In this document: piece after piece, positions 16,936-27,427 of the stretch
Numbering within the stretch: position 1 is the stretch's first letter
Layout: each line of letters opens with the position of its first letter
Virus record (IMG/VR): IMGVR_UViG_3300001868_000021
Location: 1 to 35,397 of that record
Length of the DNA stretch: 35,397 bases
Reading direction: 5' to 3' (one strand)
From: a virus
Taxonomy: Duplodnaviria; Caudoviricetes
The notes under the pieces: generated by a model
Told to the model about the DNA's origin: nothing
Database searches by the model: none
What the model saw: the letters and a program-made list of their open reading frames with translations, nothing else
Translations under genes and position numbers: made by a program

Positions 16936-17175
16936 ATGAGAGTTAGAAACAAAGGCGATGAGCAATGCTTAGGATTATCTAAGTATATGACATTGTTACA
17001 AGAGTTAAGAGTCAAGTATCAAGCAGACAATAAGAATGTGATCTACTGTAAGGAACAATACGGACATGCAGAGATCGTACATGTTGAGTACGGTTCATGC
17101 AGAGAACTATTGTTACAGGTAGAACGTTACAGACTTAAAGGAATCAAAGCCTACTATGTAGTAAGTAATAAGTAG
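16936..17175 (+). CDS. Hypothetical protein
   Basis: ORF abutting the HNH gene. Confidence 0.5.
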   Translation: MRVRNKGDEQCLGLSKYMTLLQELRVKYQADNKNVIYCKEQYGHAEIVHVEYGSCRELLLQVERYRLKGIKAYYVVSNK

Positions 17176-17176
17176 T

Positions 17177-17488
17177 ATGGACTACCACAAGGATCCTAGA
17201 TGGATAAAGAAACGTAAGCATATACTTGCAAGAGATAAGTATGTATGCCAAGAGTGCAAGCGTTACGGTCGAGTTGTTGCTGGTAATACAGCACATCATA
17301 TTGTGCCAGTTGAAATGAACAGCGACTATCAATGGCTAGACGAGAACCTGTTGTTAGTATGCTCAGTTTGCCATGATTCATTCCATGATCGAGTTACTCA
17401 TAAGCTAACAGAAAAGGGCCTTGATTTAATGGCAAGACACATCGATGCAATCATCGAAGCCGACAACCTAAACAAGAATAAATTATAA
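17177..17488 (+). CDS. HNH endonuclease (terminase-associated)
   Basis: RDKYVCQEC, AHHIVP, NLLLVCSVCHDSFH; upstream of terS. Confidence 0.93.
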   Translation: MDYHKDPRWIKKRKHILARDKYVCQECKRYGRVVAGNTAHHIVPVEMNSDYQWLDENLLLVCSVCHDSFHDRVTHKLTEKGLDLMARHIDAIIEADNLNKNKL

Positions 17489-17520
17489 ATGTTCATAATG
17501 TTAAGTGAATAAAGACATAT

Positions 17521-17610
17521 CCCCCCTAGTTTGAAGTTCAAAGTATTAAACAAACAGACCGGAGCGTGGAAGTCTTTCCAATAGCGGACATTGTGGAAAA
17601 ACTTTTTTGA
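17521..17610. other. Putative cos region
   Basis: C-run followed by GC-rich ACCGGAGCGTGG between HNH and terS, the usual cos position; cut site not determined. Confidence 0.5.
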
Positions 17611-17633
17611 ATATTGAAAGTGAGGTGCTTGAA

Positions 17634-17990
17634 ATGCCAGGAAAGGCGATAACAAAGGGTACAATCAAAAAAAATACAATCGCTGACATGAAAAAACTTG
17701 GCACGTATAGGCCTGAGTATAATGCCGTTATCGATATCTATTGCGAATTGCGTGAGCAGTACGAATGTTTAACTAAAGTTTTCAAAGATAGTGGATATAA
17801 AAAGTATGCAACAGCGACCGCAGATGGTGGCGATAAGAAGTCTTCATTGATCTCGACGCTTGAAAGTTTGCGAAAAGACATTGCTAACTACTCGATTTTA
17901 CTGGGTTTGAATCCAAAAGCACTTGAATCAATAACAGCAGAAAAAAAAGCGGTCGTTTCAAAGCTGAACAAGGCGCTTCATGAAATATAA
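17634..17990 (+). CDS. terS: Terminase small subunit (P27 family)
   Basis: [31 protein letters not shown]; ATG at 17634 follows GAGG. Confidence 0.9.
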   Translation: MPGKAITKGTIKKNTIADMKKLGTYRPEYNAVIDIYCELREQYECLTKVFKDSGYKKYATATADGGDKKSSLISTLESLRKDIANYSILLGLNPKALESITAEKKAVVSKLNKALHEI

Positions 17991-19713
17991 AAATTATGAT
18001 GAAGTGTTCAAATTCGTAAACGATACGATCTCCGGTGTTCGCCCAGCAAACCTAGAACAGATTCAAAGTTGCAAACGATTTCTAAAAACGATTGAGAATC
18101 CATTGTATGAATTCAAACCGTCGGAGCCGGAAAAGATTATTTCAATTATTGAAAGTACACTCGTACATGTGCAGGCAGAGAATCTAGAAGGTGTTCCAAT
18201 GACGGATACGCCTTTTTATTTGATGCCGTATCACAAGTATTGCATTTACGATATCATGGGATTCTTCCATAAAGGAACGATCATTCGAGTACGAAAAGAA
18301 GCGTTCATCGAAGTACCAAGAAAGAATGCCAAGACGACATTCGCTGCTTCATTGGCGTGGGCATTGAGCCTGTACTATCGCCGATCCGGTAGCAAATGCT
18401 ATGTCGTGGCAGCATCGATGAAACAGGCACTCGAAAGTTTTAACTTCATCAGTCACAGTATTAAACATATGGGCGAAGAAAAGAGTTTCAGAATCGTCGA
18501 CAATAATCAGGAACACAGTATCAAAGGTAAGTTTGATGACGGAAGTGTTTTTATTCAAGCGTTGGCATCAAATCCTGACAAGCAAGATTCACTGAACGGA
18601 AACATTGCGATATGCGATGAGATCCACACGTACCACAATCCGAAGCAATATAACCTTTTCAAAGAAATGATGAAAGCCTACACAAACAAACTTCTGATCG
18701 GCATCACATCTGCTGGGGATAAGATGAATAGTTTCTGCTATCGAAAAATTCAATACTGTAAAAAAGTGTTGGACGGTACGGTCACAGATGAACAATATTT
18801 TATTTTTATCGCCAAAGCCGATGAAGATGAAAACGGCAATGTTGATTACACGAACGTGATTGAACATCAAAAAGCGAATCCGGGATATGGAATCACGATT
18901 CGGCCCGAAGATATGTTGAATGATTCTCGTCAAGCATTGAATGATCCGCAACAACGGAAAGATTTTTTGTCTAAATCGTTAGACGTTTACACTGCATCAA
19001 TGAAGGCCTACTTCAATATTAACGAATTCAAACTGAGCGACAGTAAATATAACTGGACGATCGAGCAATTATCTAAACTTCCGATCAAATGGTTTGGCGG
19101 TGCCGATCTTTCGAAGATGCACGATCTCACTGCTGCGAGCCTGTACGGTGTTTATGAAGATGTTGACATCTGTATCACTCATGCGTTCTTTCCACGTGTG
19201 GCGGCTGTTACAAAGTCGGATGAAGACGGAATACCGTTGTTCGGTTGGGAAGATGATGGATGGTTGACGATGAGTAATACCGCAACCGTTCTTGTGGATG
19301 ACATTGTAAAATGGTTTATCACGATGAGAACAATGGGATTCAATATTACACAGACAGGCTATGATCGTAAATTTGCCGAAGAGTTCTTTCTGATGATGAA
19401 AGCATATAAATTCAATATTTTAGATGAGCCACAGTATTACATGTCGAAGTCGCAAGGGTTCAGACACATTGAACAACGTGTCAAGAATGGAAAATACTAC
19501 TATTTGCATAGTCAAGCGTATGAATATTGCGTCACCAATATAAAGGCCATTGAAAAGGTAGATGATGCAATTCAATATGAAAAAGTTCAACAAGAGAGCC
19601 GTATCGATCTATTTGACGCCTCTGTGTTCTCTTGCATTCGTTATCTGAAATCAAAAGAGAAGACTAAGAAAGCGTCCGATTGGTTCGGAACGAAAGGAGC
19701 AGCCAATGACTAA
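17980..19713 (+). CDS. terL: Terminase large subunit
   Basis: PRKNAKT Walker A, ICDEIH Walker B, GGADLS nuclease motif, RIDLFDA. Confidence 0.96.
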   Translation: MKYKNYDEVFKFVNDTISGVRPANLEQIQSCKRFLKTIENPLYEFKPSEPEKIISIIESTLVHVQAENLEGVPMTDTPFYLMPYHKYCIYDIMGFFHKGTIIRVRKEAFIEVPRKNAKTTFAASLAWALSLYYRRSGSKCYVVAASMKQALESFNFISHSIKHMGEEKSFRIVDNNQEHSIKGKFDDGSVFIQALASNPDKQDSLNGNIAICDEIHTYHNPKQYNLFKEMMKAYTNKLLIGITSAGDKMNSFCYRKIQYCKKVLDGTVTDEQYFIFIAKADEDENGNVDYTNVIEHQKANPGYGITIRPEDMLNDSRQALNDPQQRKDFLSKSLDVYTASMKAYFNINEFKLSDSKYNWTIEQLSKLPIKWFGGADLSKMHDLTAASLYGVYEDVDICITHAFFPRVAAVTKSDEDGIPLFGWEDDGWLTMSNTATVLVDDIVKWFITMRTMGFNITQTGYDRKFAEEFFLMMKAYKFNILDEPQYYMSKSQGFRHIEQRVKNGKYYYLHSQAYEYCVTNIKAIEKVDDAIQYEKVQQESRIDLFDASVFSCIRYLKSKEKTKKASDWFGTKGAAND

Positions 19714-20902
19714 GAAGAGAAGCAGACCAAGAGCAAGAGCTGAACCGATTCTACAAAAAAGAGAAACAACGCCGATGTCGATGTTTCTGACCAGTGGTAC
19801 AGATGACTGGTACTCGAATGAGTATATACCGTTGAGTAGAGATCCGTCAGTCGTAACAGCGGTTCACAAAATCGCAGAGTTGGTCAGTACGATGACAATT
19901 CACTTGATGAAGAACACGCCGAATGGTGACATTCGAATCAAGAATGAACTAAGTCGAAAAATCGACATCAGTCCTTACAAACTGATGACGCGTAAGTCAT
20001 GGGTTCATTGGATCGTTGAAACCGCATTCTTCAAAGGCAATGCTTTTGTACTTCCAATCATGACATCAGACGGATTGATCGATGGTTACATGCCGATGGC
20101 GCCGAACAATGTTTCCGTGATTGAAAGTGACTTCGATTATAAAGTCATGTATAACGGGAAAATGTATAACTCGGATGAAGTTCTTCGTTTCATGATCAAT
20201 CCACGAACGGACAAACCTTTTCTCGGAGAATCCTATCAACTTCCTTTGAAAGATGTCCTCAGTACATTGAGTGGTGCCGCAAAAACAAAGAAAGAGTTTA
20301 TGTCTGGAAAGTACAATCCTTCATTGATTGTTAAAATTGATTCAAGCGCCGGTGATGCGGCAAACAAAGAAGGTCGAGATAAGATTCAAGAGCAATATCT
20401 TGATACTTCAAGATCTGGGCAACCGTGGATCATCCCGGCAGACTTGATGGATGTTCAACAAGTAAAACCGTTGACGCTCAATGACATCGCCTTGCATAAG
20501 AGTGTTGAAATCGACAAACAAACAGTAGCGGGAATGATTGGTGTTCCGGCTTTTTATTTGGGCGTCGGTACATTCAACAAAGACGAGCATAACAACTTCA
20601 TTGGTACTCGAATTTTGGCAATCGCCAAAGAGTTTGAGCAGACGCTTACACAAGGGATTCTCTATTCACCTGATCTATATTTCAAGTTCAACATCAGGTC
20701 ACTCTATGCGTACTCCATTGATGAACTGTCAACAGTATTCGGAGACGGATATATCAAGGGTTACATCACCGGTAATGAAGCGCGTGACGCGTTAGGTCTA
20801 TCACCGATGGATGGTCTTGATGAATTAGTAATTTTAGAGAACTTCATACCGATTAGTTCAATCGGGGATCAGAAGAAACTGAAAGGAGATAAGAAAGTAT
20901 GA
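19706..20902 (+). CDS. HK97-family portal protein
   Basis: [27 protein letters not shown]. Confidence 0.93.
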   Translation: MTKKRSRPRARAEPILQKRETTPMSMFLTSGTDDWYSNEYIPLSRDPSVVTAVHKIAELVSTMTIHLMKNTPNGDIRIKNELSRKIDISPYKLMTRKSWVHWIVETAFFKGNAFVLPIMTSDGLIDGYMPMAPNNVSVIESDFDYKVMYNGKMYNSDEVLRFMINPRTDKPFLGESYQLPLKDVLSTLSGAAKTKKEFMSGKYNPSLIVKIDSSAGDAANKEGRDKIQEQYLDTSRSGQPWIIPADLMDVQQVKPLTLNDIALHKSVEIDKQTVAGMIGVPAFYLGVGTFNKDEHNNFIGTRILAIAKEFEQTLTQGILYSPDLYFKFNIRSLYAYSIDELSTVFGDGYIKGYITGNEARDALGLSPMDGLDELVILENFIPISSIGDQKKLKGDKKV

Positions 20903-21483
20903 AACCAGTAAGGACATACGGCATTGAACGTGCCTTTGATTTACCTTTTTCGGCAGTACGTGCAGAAGATGGGAAACGTTATATCGAAGGATATTTCGCA
21001 CTCTATGATTCCGTTACAGAACTTGCACCTGGTATCGAAGAAGTGATCGAGAAAGGCGCATTTGCAGACACGCTGACGAACGATATACGTGCGCTATACA
21101 ACCATGACACCTCAATGGTGTTAGGACGTAACACAAGCGGTACGTTGGTTCTGCGAGAAGATGCGAAAGGTCTGTTCAGCAAAATTGAAACTCCTGATAC
21201 ATCATACGCGAACGACCTTCATGTACTCGTTTCACGAGGTGATGTCACTCAATGTTCTTTCGGTTTTAACATCACTGATGAATATACCGAAGACTTGGGC
21301 GGTGGGAAATATCGCTTCCATATTCGCAAAATTGACCTTCACGAAATCAGTGTTGTCACGTTCCCGGCATATCGAGATACTCTCGTCCATGCACGTGATG
21401 AACGCAGCGCCGATGTGGAGGCGATTAATAAGCGTAGTTTTGAATTAAGAAAGCAAGAACTTTTAAAGAAAGTTCGGGGGTAG
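20899..21483 (+). CDS. HK97-family prohead protease
   Basis: IEGYF, ALYNHD...LGR, CSFGF, EISVVTFPAY. Confidence 0.95.
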   Translation: MKPVRTYGIERAFDLPFSAVRAEDGKRYIEGYFALYDSVTELAPGIEEVIEKGAFADTLTNDIRALYNHDTSMVLGRNTSGTLVLREDAKGLFSKIETPDTSYANDLHVLVSRGDVTQCSFGFNITDEYTEDLGGGKYRFHIRKIDLHEISVVTFPAYRDTLVHARDERSADVEAINKRSFELRKQELLKKVRG

Positions 21484-21486
21484 GAA

Positions 21487-22860
21487 ATGTTAAAGCAATT
21501 AAGACTTAAAAAGCAACTGGAAATGGAACGTACAAAGTTAGAAGAACTGAATGTCAGAAAAGCGGAAACGTTGTTAAAGACACAGAACCTTGAACGTTCG
21601 ATCGAAGAAGCGAAAACCGACGACGATCTCACTCTTTTTGCAGAAGAAGAAACAGAGATCAATACAACCACAGCAGCGCAAGAAGTAGAAGCTGAAACTC
21701 TTAGCGAAAAGATCAGAACGATCGAAGCAGAGTTGAGCGAACTTGCCAAATTACCGGCGCCGACTCCGGAAAAAACGGTAGAAAGACATGAGGCTACAAA
21801 CTCCATGAATAAAAGAACACAATTTTTCGCAGGTTTCCAACGTAACGAAGTAGATGAGATGATGAAACGTGAGGATACCACAAAATTCGTGTCCGAGTTA
21901 CGTTCAATGTTTACTGAAAAACGTGCAGTCACCGGCTCTGATCTGAATATTCCTAATGTTTTCCTTGATCTCTTACGTGACAATCTCGACAAGTATTCCA
22001 AACTGATTACCAAAGTTAATAAAAAGTCAGTACGTGGTACGGCTCGTCAAAATATCGTCGGTTCAATTCCTGAGGCTGTATGGACCGAAATGGTTGGAGC
22101 GCTGAACGCTTTAGCAATCGGATTCAATCAGATCGAAGTTGACGGTTATAAAGTTGGCGGATTCGTTTCATTCCCGAATAGTATTGCAAAAGATTCTGAT
22201 GTAAATCTAGTCAGTGAAGTAATGGTCGCAATCGGTCAAGCAATCGGTCTTGCATTGGATAAGGCTATTTTATATGGTACAGGCGCTAAGATGCCGGTTG
22301 GTATCATGAAACGTTTGGCTGAAATCGCGGCTCCGGCATACTGGGGATCCAATGAAAAAGCATGGACCGATCTTCATACGACTCATTTGTCTTTCAGTGT
22401 TGACACGAATAAAGGTGCTGCGTTCTATGAAGATTTAGTTGCTAAGTTGAGCGTTATCAGTTCGAAATATGCGACTGGTGATACCTTCTGGGCAATGGCT
22501 CGTACTACATTCTCTAAACTTCAAATCAAAGCATTGTCAATGAGCGCTGCCGGAGCAATCGTCACCGGTCAAGATATGAAGATGCCGATCGTTGGTGGTG
22601 ACATCGTTATCTTGGATTTTATTCCTGATGGAGTCATTATCGGCGGTTACGGTTCAGTCTATCTGTTAGTTGAACGTGAAGGTGCTGTATTTGCGGCTTC
22701 CACTGAGGCACAGTTTATTGAAGATAATACGGTTGTTAAGGGCATTGCTCGTTATGATGGTCGTCCGGTATTCGGTGAAGCATTCGTTGCTGTTGCTATC
22801 GGTGCTGCTGCTCCTACGGCTACTGCTGTTACGTTCGCTGCTGATACTGCCAACGCTTAA
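21487..22860 (+). CDS. HK97-family major capsid protein with N-terminal scaffold (delta) domain
   Basis: Coiled-coil N-terminus, LDKAILYGTG, ARYDGRP. Confidence 0.94.
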   Translation: MLKQLRLKKQLEMERTKLEELNVRKAETLLKTQNLERSIEEAKTDDDLTLFAEEETEINTTTAAQEVEAETLSEKIRTIEAELSELAKLPAPTPEKTVERHEATNSMNKRTQFFAGFQRNEVDEMMKREDTTKFVSELRSMFTEKRAVTGSDLNIPNVFLDLLRDNLDKYSKLITKVNKKSVRGTARQNIVGSIPEAVWTEMVGALNALAIGFNQIEVDGYKVGGFVSFPNSIAKDSDVNLVSEVMVAIGQAIGLALDKAILYGTGAKMPVGIMKRLAEIAAPAYWGSNEKAWTDLHTTHLSFSVDTNKGAAFYEDLVAKLSVISSKYATGDTFWAMARTTFSKLQIKALSMSAAGAIVTGQDMKMPIVGGDIVILDFIPDGVIIGGYGSVYLLVEREGAVFAASTEAQFIEDNTVVKGIARYDGRPVFGEAFVAVAIGAAAPTATAVTFAADTANA

Positions 22861-22873
22861 TCATAGTTACACT

Positions 22874-22898
22874 GAGGGAGCCGAAAGGCTCTCTCTTC
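22874..22898 (+). terminator. Stem-loop after the capsid gene (terminator or stabiliser)
   Basis: GAGGGAGCC-GAAA-GGCTCTCTC with a weak U-tract. Confidence 0.55.
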
Positions 22899-22917
22899 TC
22901 TATAAGGAGGTCAAGGT

Positions 22918-23193
22918 ATGGATAGAACAGAATTGATCGAAATGGTTCGTGCGAGAATCGGCATGACCAGTACATTACGTGATGTCTATATCGGACGAAT
23001 CGTTGATGCGGTCATTGATGAGTTGACGAACATTAAGAAAATTGATTTAACGGAAGAATACACATCATTCATGTTGGTCGTCGATATAACAGAATGGCGA
23101 TACAGCAACCCACAAAATACAGGTGATATGCCGATTCATTTAAAGAAACGAGTGAACGACATGATTATCAAGAGTGTGATCAACCGTGCTTAA
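22918..23193 (+). CDS. Head-tail connector (gp6-like)
   Basis: Position and size; RIG...RDVYI..I, WRY, MP.HL pattern. Confidence 0.75.
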   Translation: MDRTELIEMVRARIGMTSTLRDVYIGRIVDAVIDELTNIKKIDLTEEYTSFMLVVDITEWRYSNPQNTGDMPIHLKKRVNDMIIKSVINRA

Positions 23194-23506
23194 TCAAGAG
23201 ATTGAACTTATTTACTACAATCATGGAGTTGATTCAGAAGGCTTCACAACGCTCACAGAGGTAGCTGTACCGATATTTGCAGAAGCGCTATCTGTTACTC
23301 GAAATGAGTTAGTTGCATCCATGCAGACAGATCAAAAGCCTGTGATCATATTCTATGTACTTCCTATTGATTATGACCTTGTTAAACACATTGTTGATGG
23401 TCGGCCTAAATACGCGGAAGCAATCAGATATGAAGGGTGCCTGTATAACTTCATAAAAGATTTCCACGATGTTAAAAAAGGTTTGACAGAGATTACTTGT
23501 GGGTAA
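23186..23506 (+). CDS. Head closure / head-tail adaptor
   Basis: Synteny; D.EGF, FAE..SVTRNE, YEG..Y pattern. Confidence 0.7.
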   Translation: MLNQEIELIYYNHGVDSEGFTTLTEVAVPIFAEALSVTRNELVASMQTDQKPVIIFYVLPIDYDLVKHIVDGRPKYAEAIRYEGCLYNFIKDFHDVKKGLTEITCG

Positions 23507-23897
23507 GTTTGATTTTACTTTTAATGTTAAATTGACACAGAAGTTAGAAAAGTTAAACAACTTCGACGAGATTGCTGAACAGATGTTAACGGAATCTGTA
23601 CCTATTTTAGAACGTCATGTAAAAAGTGAAGTTTCAAAATACAAAGATACAGGCGATATGCTCGATTCTATCCGACATCAAAAGAAGCCGAAAAAGAATG
23701 ATCACGGTTGGTACACTGCGGTTATCCCAACAGGTGAAGACAGACACGGTGTCAGAAATATGGAAAAGATGGCTCATCTTGAATACGGTACATCAAAGAT
23801 TCCGCCTAAGCCAATCATTTCAAAAGCGCTGAATGACGCACGTGAAGAAGTAAATGAAAAGATGCAAGAAGTTTTCGATAAGGTGGTGAATGAATGA
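23499..23897 (+). CDS. HK97 gp10-like tail component
   Basis: DTGDMLDSI, LEYGTSKIPPKP. Confidence 0.85.
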   Translation: MGKFDFTFNVKLTQKLEKLNNFDEIAEQMLTESVPILERHVKSEVSKYKDTGDMLDSIRHQKKPKKNDHGWYTAVIPTGEDRHGVRNMEKMAHLEYGTSKIPPKPIISKALNDAREEVNEKMQEVFDKVVNE

Positions 23898-24235
23898 GCG
23901 TAAACTCAACAATTAAAACTATTTTAGATGTGTATGGTTATCCGGTTGAATTTATGGGGTACGAAGGGTTATTAAAAACCTATTTCGTATTCAATTACAG
24001 TGATGATCGTGGGGATGCGTATTCGGATGATTCACCTGAGTTTAACATGGTGTCAGTTCAAATACATTTTTTCAGTCCATTGACATTCAACCATCTTATA
24101 TTAAAAAAACAGATCCGTAACGCACTGTTTGAAAATGGATTCACATATCCAACAGTTCAAACATTTTATGAAAGTGATACGAAGTTAAATCACCTCATAT
24201 TTGAGTGTGATTACACAGAGCCAAAGGAGGTTTAA
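23894..24235 (+). CDS. Tail terminator protein
   Basis: Synteny; Y.DD, VQIHFF, L...GF, YESDTKLNH. Confidence 0.72.
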   Translation: MSVNSTIKTILDVYGYPVEFMGYEGLLKTYFVFNYSDDRGDAYSDDSPEFNMVSVQIHFFSPLTFNHLILKKQIRNALFENGFTYPTVQTFYESDTKLNHLIFECDYTEPKEV

Positions 24236-24236
24236 C

Positions 24237-25067
24237 ATGGCGAAAATTGGTTTAAAATATCCGGTCTATAAAGGTGCTGTCAACTACGGTGTGATTGGGA
24301 AAGCGATTCAAGCAGACCTATCATTTGATTTAAACAGTGCCAAACTATACGCAGATGATGCGTTGGCAGAAACTGACAACAGCTTTAAAGGTGGAAAAAT
24401 CACCTTAGGTCTTGACGAATTATCCGATACAATTCAGCAGGAATTTCTCGGACACTCTATCTCAGATGGTGAGATGACAGCGAATACGAATGATGTAGCG
24501 CCTTATGTTGGATTCGGATTTTACGGTGGTAAAAAAGTAGCAGGTGTTCAAAAATATCGTGCTATTTGGATTCCAAAAGTTCAATTTGGTGAACCGGCTG
24601 ATTCAAACAAAACAAAGGGCGAAACTGTTGAGTTTGGAACGTCTACCATTGAGGGTAATGTTATTGCGGATGCTTCCGGAAACTGGAAGAAAGAAAAGAC
24701 ATTCGCTCTTGAAGATGACGCTAAAGCATATCTTAATGCAAAGGCAGGAATTCCTGTCACTGCATCGGCTGGATTGAGTGCACTGGCACTTACCGGAATA
24801 GGTGGTACATTATCACCAGTATTCGGAACTGCTGTCAGAACCTATTCATTCGGTGGTGTAACCGCTGTATCTGTAACAGTTACGGCAACAGCTGCCAATC
24901 ATACGATGAACCTGTACGCAGATGGTGTGTTCTTACAAGCGTTGTTGAGCGGTACGGCTTCGGCTGCCATTCCTATGTCAATCGGTAGTAAGAAATTAAC
25001 GATCGTTGCACAGGAAGTTGGTAAGCAATCGCAGACAACCGAAATCGTAGTTATCAAAATTTCATAA
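24237..25067 (+). CDS. Major tail protein (phi13-like) with C-terminal cadherin/Ig-like domain
   Basis: MAKIGLK, LYADD, APYVGFGF, KTKGETVEF; C-terminal LS.L...G.LSP.F......Y beta-sandwich; AGGAGG RBS. Confidence 0.9.
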   Translation: MAKIGLKYPVYKGAVNYGVIGKAIQADLSFDLNSAKLYADDALAETDNSFKGGKITLGLDELSDTIQQEFLGHSISDGEMTANTNDVAPYVGFGFYGGKKVAGVQKYRAIWIPKVQFGEPADSNKTKGETVEFGTSTIEGNVIADASGNWKKEKTFALEDDAKAYLNAKAGIPVTASAGLSALALTGIGGTLSPVFGTAVRTYSFGGVTAVSVTVTATAANHTMNLYADGVFLQALLSGTASAAIPMSIGSKKLTIVAQEVGKQSQTTEIVVIKIS

Positions 25068-25075
25068 GGTGATGT

Positions 25076-25104
25076 AAAGGGGTAGGAAACTATCCCTTTT
25101 CTTT
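25076..25104 (+). terminator. Intrinsic terminator after the major tail gene
   Basis: AAAGGGGTAG-GAAA-CTATCCCTTT-TCTTT. Confidence 0.65.
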
Positions 25105-25119
25105 CTAAAAGGAGAAACA

Positions 25120-25488
25120 ATGTTAGATAAAAAAGTATCGATCAATATCGACAATAAAGATTATCCACTTGCCTACGATTTAAATGTTATTGAAATTATA
25201 CAAGAAAAATACGGAACGATGGATAAGTGGTATGACAAATTAAGCGGTGGCAAAACTGGTGAAGTAAGAATAGGCGATATTATTTGGATTTTTAAAGAAA
25301 TGTTTAACGAAGGAATCGAGATCCACAACGATGAAAATAATGACACTATGCCATCGGTCACATTAAAACAGGCAGGGCGTTTGATTAGTAAGTATGGTCC
25401 AAAAGAAGCGACTGAAAAATTAAAAGAAATGGTAACAGATAAGGAAGCAGAAGAAAACCCAAACGTGATGACCAGTCAGAATCAGTAA
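25120..25488 (+). CDS. Tail assembly chaperone (gpG-like)
   Basis: Between major tail and tape measure genes; slippery heptamer near the 3' end. Confidence 0.82.
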   Translation: MLDKKVSINIDNKDYPLAYDLNVIEIIQEKYGTMDKWYDKLSGGKTGEVRIGDIIWIFKEMFNEGIEIHNDENNDTMPSVTLKQAGRLISKYGPKEATEKLKEMVTDKEAEENPNVMTSQNQ

Positions 25489-25685
25489 TTGATTTTGGCT
25501 GGATTATTTACATGGGTTTGAAATTTGGATATAGCGAAAAAGAAGTCGGAAGATGTTCACTCAAAAAGTTTATGAAAATATATCTAGCATACAAGAATCA
25601 TTTCGACCTAGAACAATCTCTAAACATTACGCATCAGAGATACGCTGATTTGAATCCGACTATTGACGATGTTATTCCCATGTAA
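25458..25685 (+). CDS. Tail assembly chaperone gpGT extension, reached by -1 frameshift
   Basis: C CCA AAC at 25458-25464; -1 frame open to TAA at 25683-25685 (IDFGWIIYMGLKFGYSEKEVGR...). Confidence 0.78.
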   Translation, partial: PKRDDQSESVIDFGWIIYMGLKFGYSEKEVGRCSLKKFMKIYLAYKNHFDLEQSLNITHQRYADLNPTIDDVIPM

Positions 25686-25699
25686 AGGAAGGTGAGAAT

Positions 25700-27427
25700 A
25701 TGGCTAAAAAAGCAAACATTTCGGCAGGTATATCACTTGATGGCGAGAAAGAATTTAAACAAGCAATATCAGGTATAAACACTGACATGAAGGTACTTGC
25801 TTCTGAAATGAAAAAAGTTACTTCTGAATTTGTTGGCAACGCTTCTTCTGTTGAAGCATTAACAGCAAAAGACAAAATATTGGCATCCGAAGTTGACAAA
25901 CAAAAAGAAAAAATTGATGAACTTCAAAAGGCACTGAAAAACTCTTCTGAACAGTATGGTGAGAATGATAAAAAAACAAGCAACTGGAAAATTTCGTTAA
26001 ATGAAGCACAAACAAAATTAAATGGTCTTAATAATGAAGTTGACCAAAATAAGAAAGCTTTGCAACAAGCGAAGAATCCAACAGAACAAATTGCACAAGA
26101 AATAAAAACCTACGGTAATAATGCTGAAGTAGCTGGTGAGAAATCACTAAAGATGGGCGATATTATTAAGGCAAATGTAATTAGTTCCGCCATTATCAAC
26201 GGTGTCAAACAATTAGCAAGTGCAATGAAAGATGTCGCTATGCAATCTCTTAATACAGCTGATGAAATTGCAACACTATCAGGGCAGACAGGGTTATCAA
26301 CAGATCAGATTCAAGTATGGTCATATGTTGGCAAGGCATTAGATGTTGATCTTGAAACTATTACAGGTTCAGTATCAAAACTTACTCGTGCCATGACGGC
26401 CGCTAAAGATGGTACAGGCGCACAAGCTGAAGCATTTAAATCATTAAAAGTTAATGTCACCAATTCCGATGGTTCACTTCGTGATTCAAAAGTTGTTATG
26501 TTAGAAGCAATTACGGCACTCGGAAAAATGAAGAATGAAACCGATCGTGATTCGACAGCGCTTGTATTATTTGGAAAATCCGCATTGGAATTAAATCCAT
26601 TAATTAAAGCAGGTTCGGCTACGATAAAAGATTTAACGGATGCAGCATATAAAAATGGTGCTGTTATGTCCGATTCAACTGTCGAAGGATTGGATAAATT
26701 TAAAGATTCAACAGAAATGTTAAATCAAGAAATTCAATCATTAACAGGTGAAGTATTAGTTGATTTAATGCCGACATTTCAAGACATTCTTCAATGGGTG
26801 CGTGATAACAAAGACGATATAAAGAAATTTGCAACCGATTCACTCGATGCAATCAAAGATTCAATCAAATTCATTACTGATAACGCTAATTGGTTGATTC
26901 CTGTTTTAGGAACACTGTTGATTGCGTTTTTAGCATTCAAAGCAATCGAAGGAATCAATGTTGCGTTAGGCATATTTAATGTCCTGATGGCCGCAAATCC
27001 ATTCGGTATCGTGATTATAGGTTGTGCCGCACTCGTTACAGGTTTGATACTACTGGTTAAAAACTGGGATAAAGTATCAGATGCAATCGATAGAGCGTTA
27101 GGAAAGAAAAGAGATTTCAACCAAGAAGGTAATACAGGCGTTTCCGGCGGTGGTGCAGGTGGAAAGAGTGGTGGTGGTGCTTGGGCATCAGGTGCCATAT
27201 TCACAAAGCCAAGATTATTCCCTAGTGGCGATTTAGTGGGTGAAGCAGGTGCAGAAGGTGTGCTTCCTATCTCACAATTACCAAGTCTATTAGGGCTTGA
27301 TAGAATGTCAAGTGCCGAAGATACCGCACGAGCCGTACACGATGAATTAAAGAATTTTGCTATCTATTTAGATGGCGATAGAGTTGGATCATTTGTTGAT
27401 ACTCGAATTGTGAAAGGGGCGATGTAA
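25700..27427 (+). CDS. Tail tape measure protein (short, 575 aa)
   Basis: LDGEKEFK.A, long helical region, hydrophobic ANPFG..NWD segment, GEAGAE C-terminus. Confidence 0.92.
   Translation: MAKKANISAGISLDGEKEFKQAISGINTDMKVLASEMKKVTSEFVGNASSVEALTAKDKILASEVDKQKEKIDELQKALKNSSEQYGENDKKTSNWKISLNEAQTKLNGLNNEVDQNKKALQQAKNPTEQIAQEIKTYGNNAEVAGEKSLKMGDIIKANVISSAIINGVKQLASAMKDVAMQSLNTADEIATLSGQTGLSTDQIQVWSYVGKALDVDLETITGSVSKLTRAMTAAKDGTGAQAEAFKSLKVNVTNSDGSLRDSKVVMLEAITALGKMKNETDRDSTALVLFGKSALELNPLIKAGSATIKDLTDAAYKNGAVMSDSTVEGLDKFKDSTEMLNQEIQSLTGEVLVDLMPTFQDILQWVRDNKDDIKKFATDSLDAIKDSIKFITDNANWLIPVLGTLLIAFLAFKAIEGINVALGIFNVLMAANPFGIVIIGCAALVTGLILLVKNWDKVSDAIDRALGKKRDFNQEGNTGVSGGGAGGKSGGGAWASGAIFTKPRLFPSGDLVGEAGAEGVLPISQLPSLLGLDRMSSAEDTARAVHDELKNFAIYLDGDRVGSFVDTRIVKGAM

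Noticed and set aside
17980-19713. Intein or intron in terL linked to the HNH gene
   Set aside because: TerL is uninterrupted and of normal length; the HNH is the typical stand-alone cos-packaging type.
21339-22013. 224-aa minus-strand ORF, plus other antisense or alternate-frame ORFs (e.g. 1043-1300, 5319-5732, 6822-7217, 8906-9256, 18589-18954, 26791-27204, 33147-33512)
   Set aside because: They overlap well-supported genes and have no recognisable motifs; treated as shadow ORFs.
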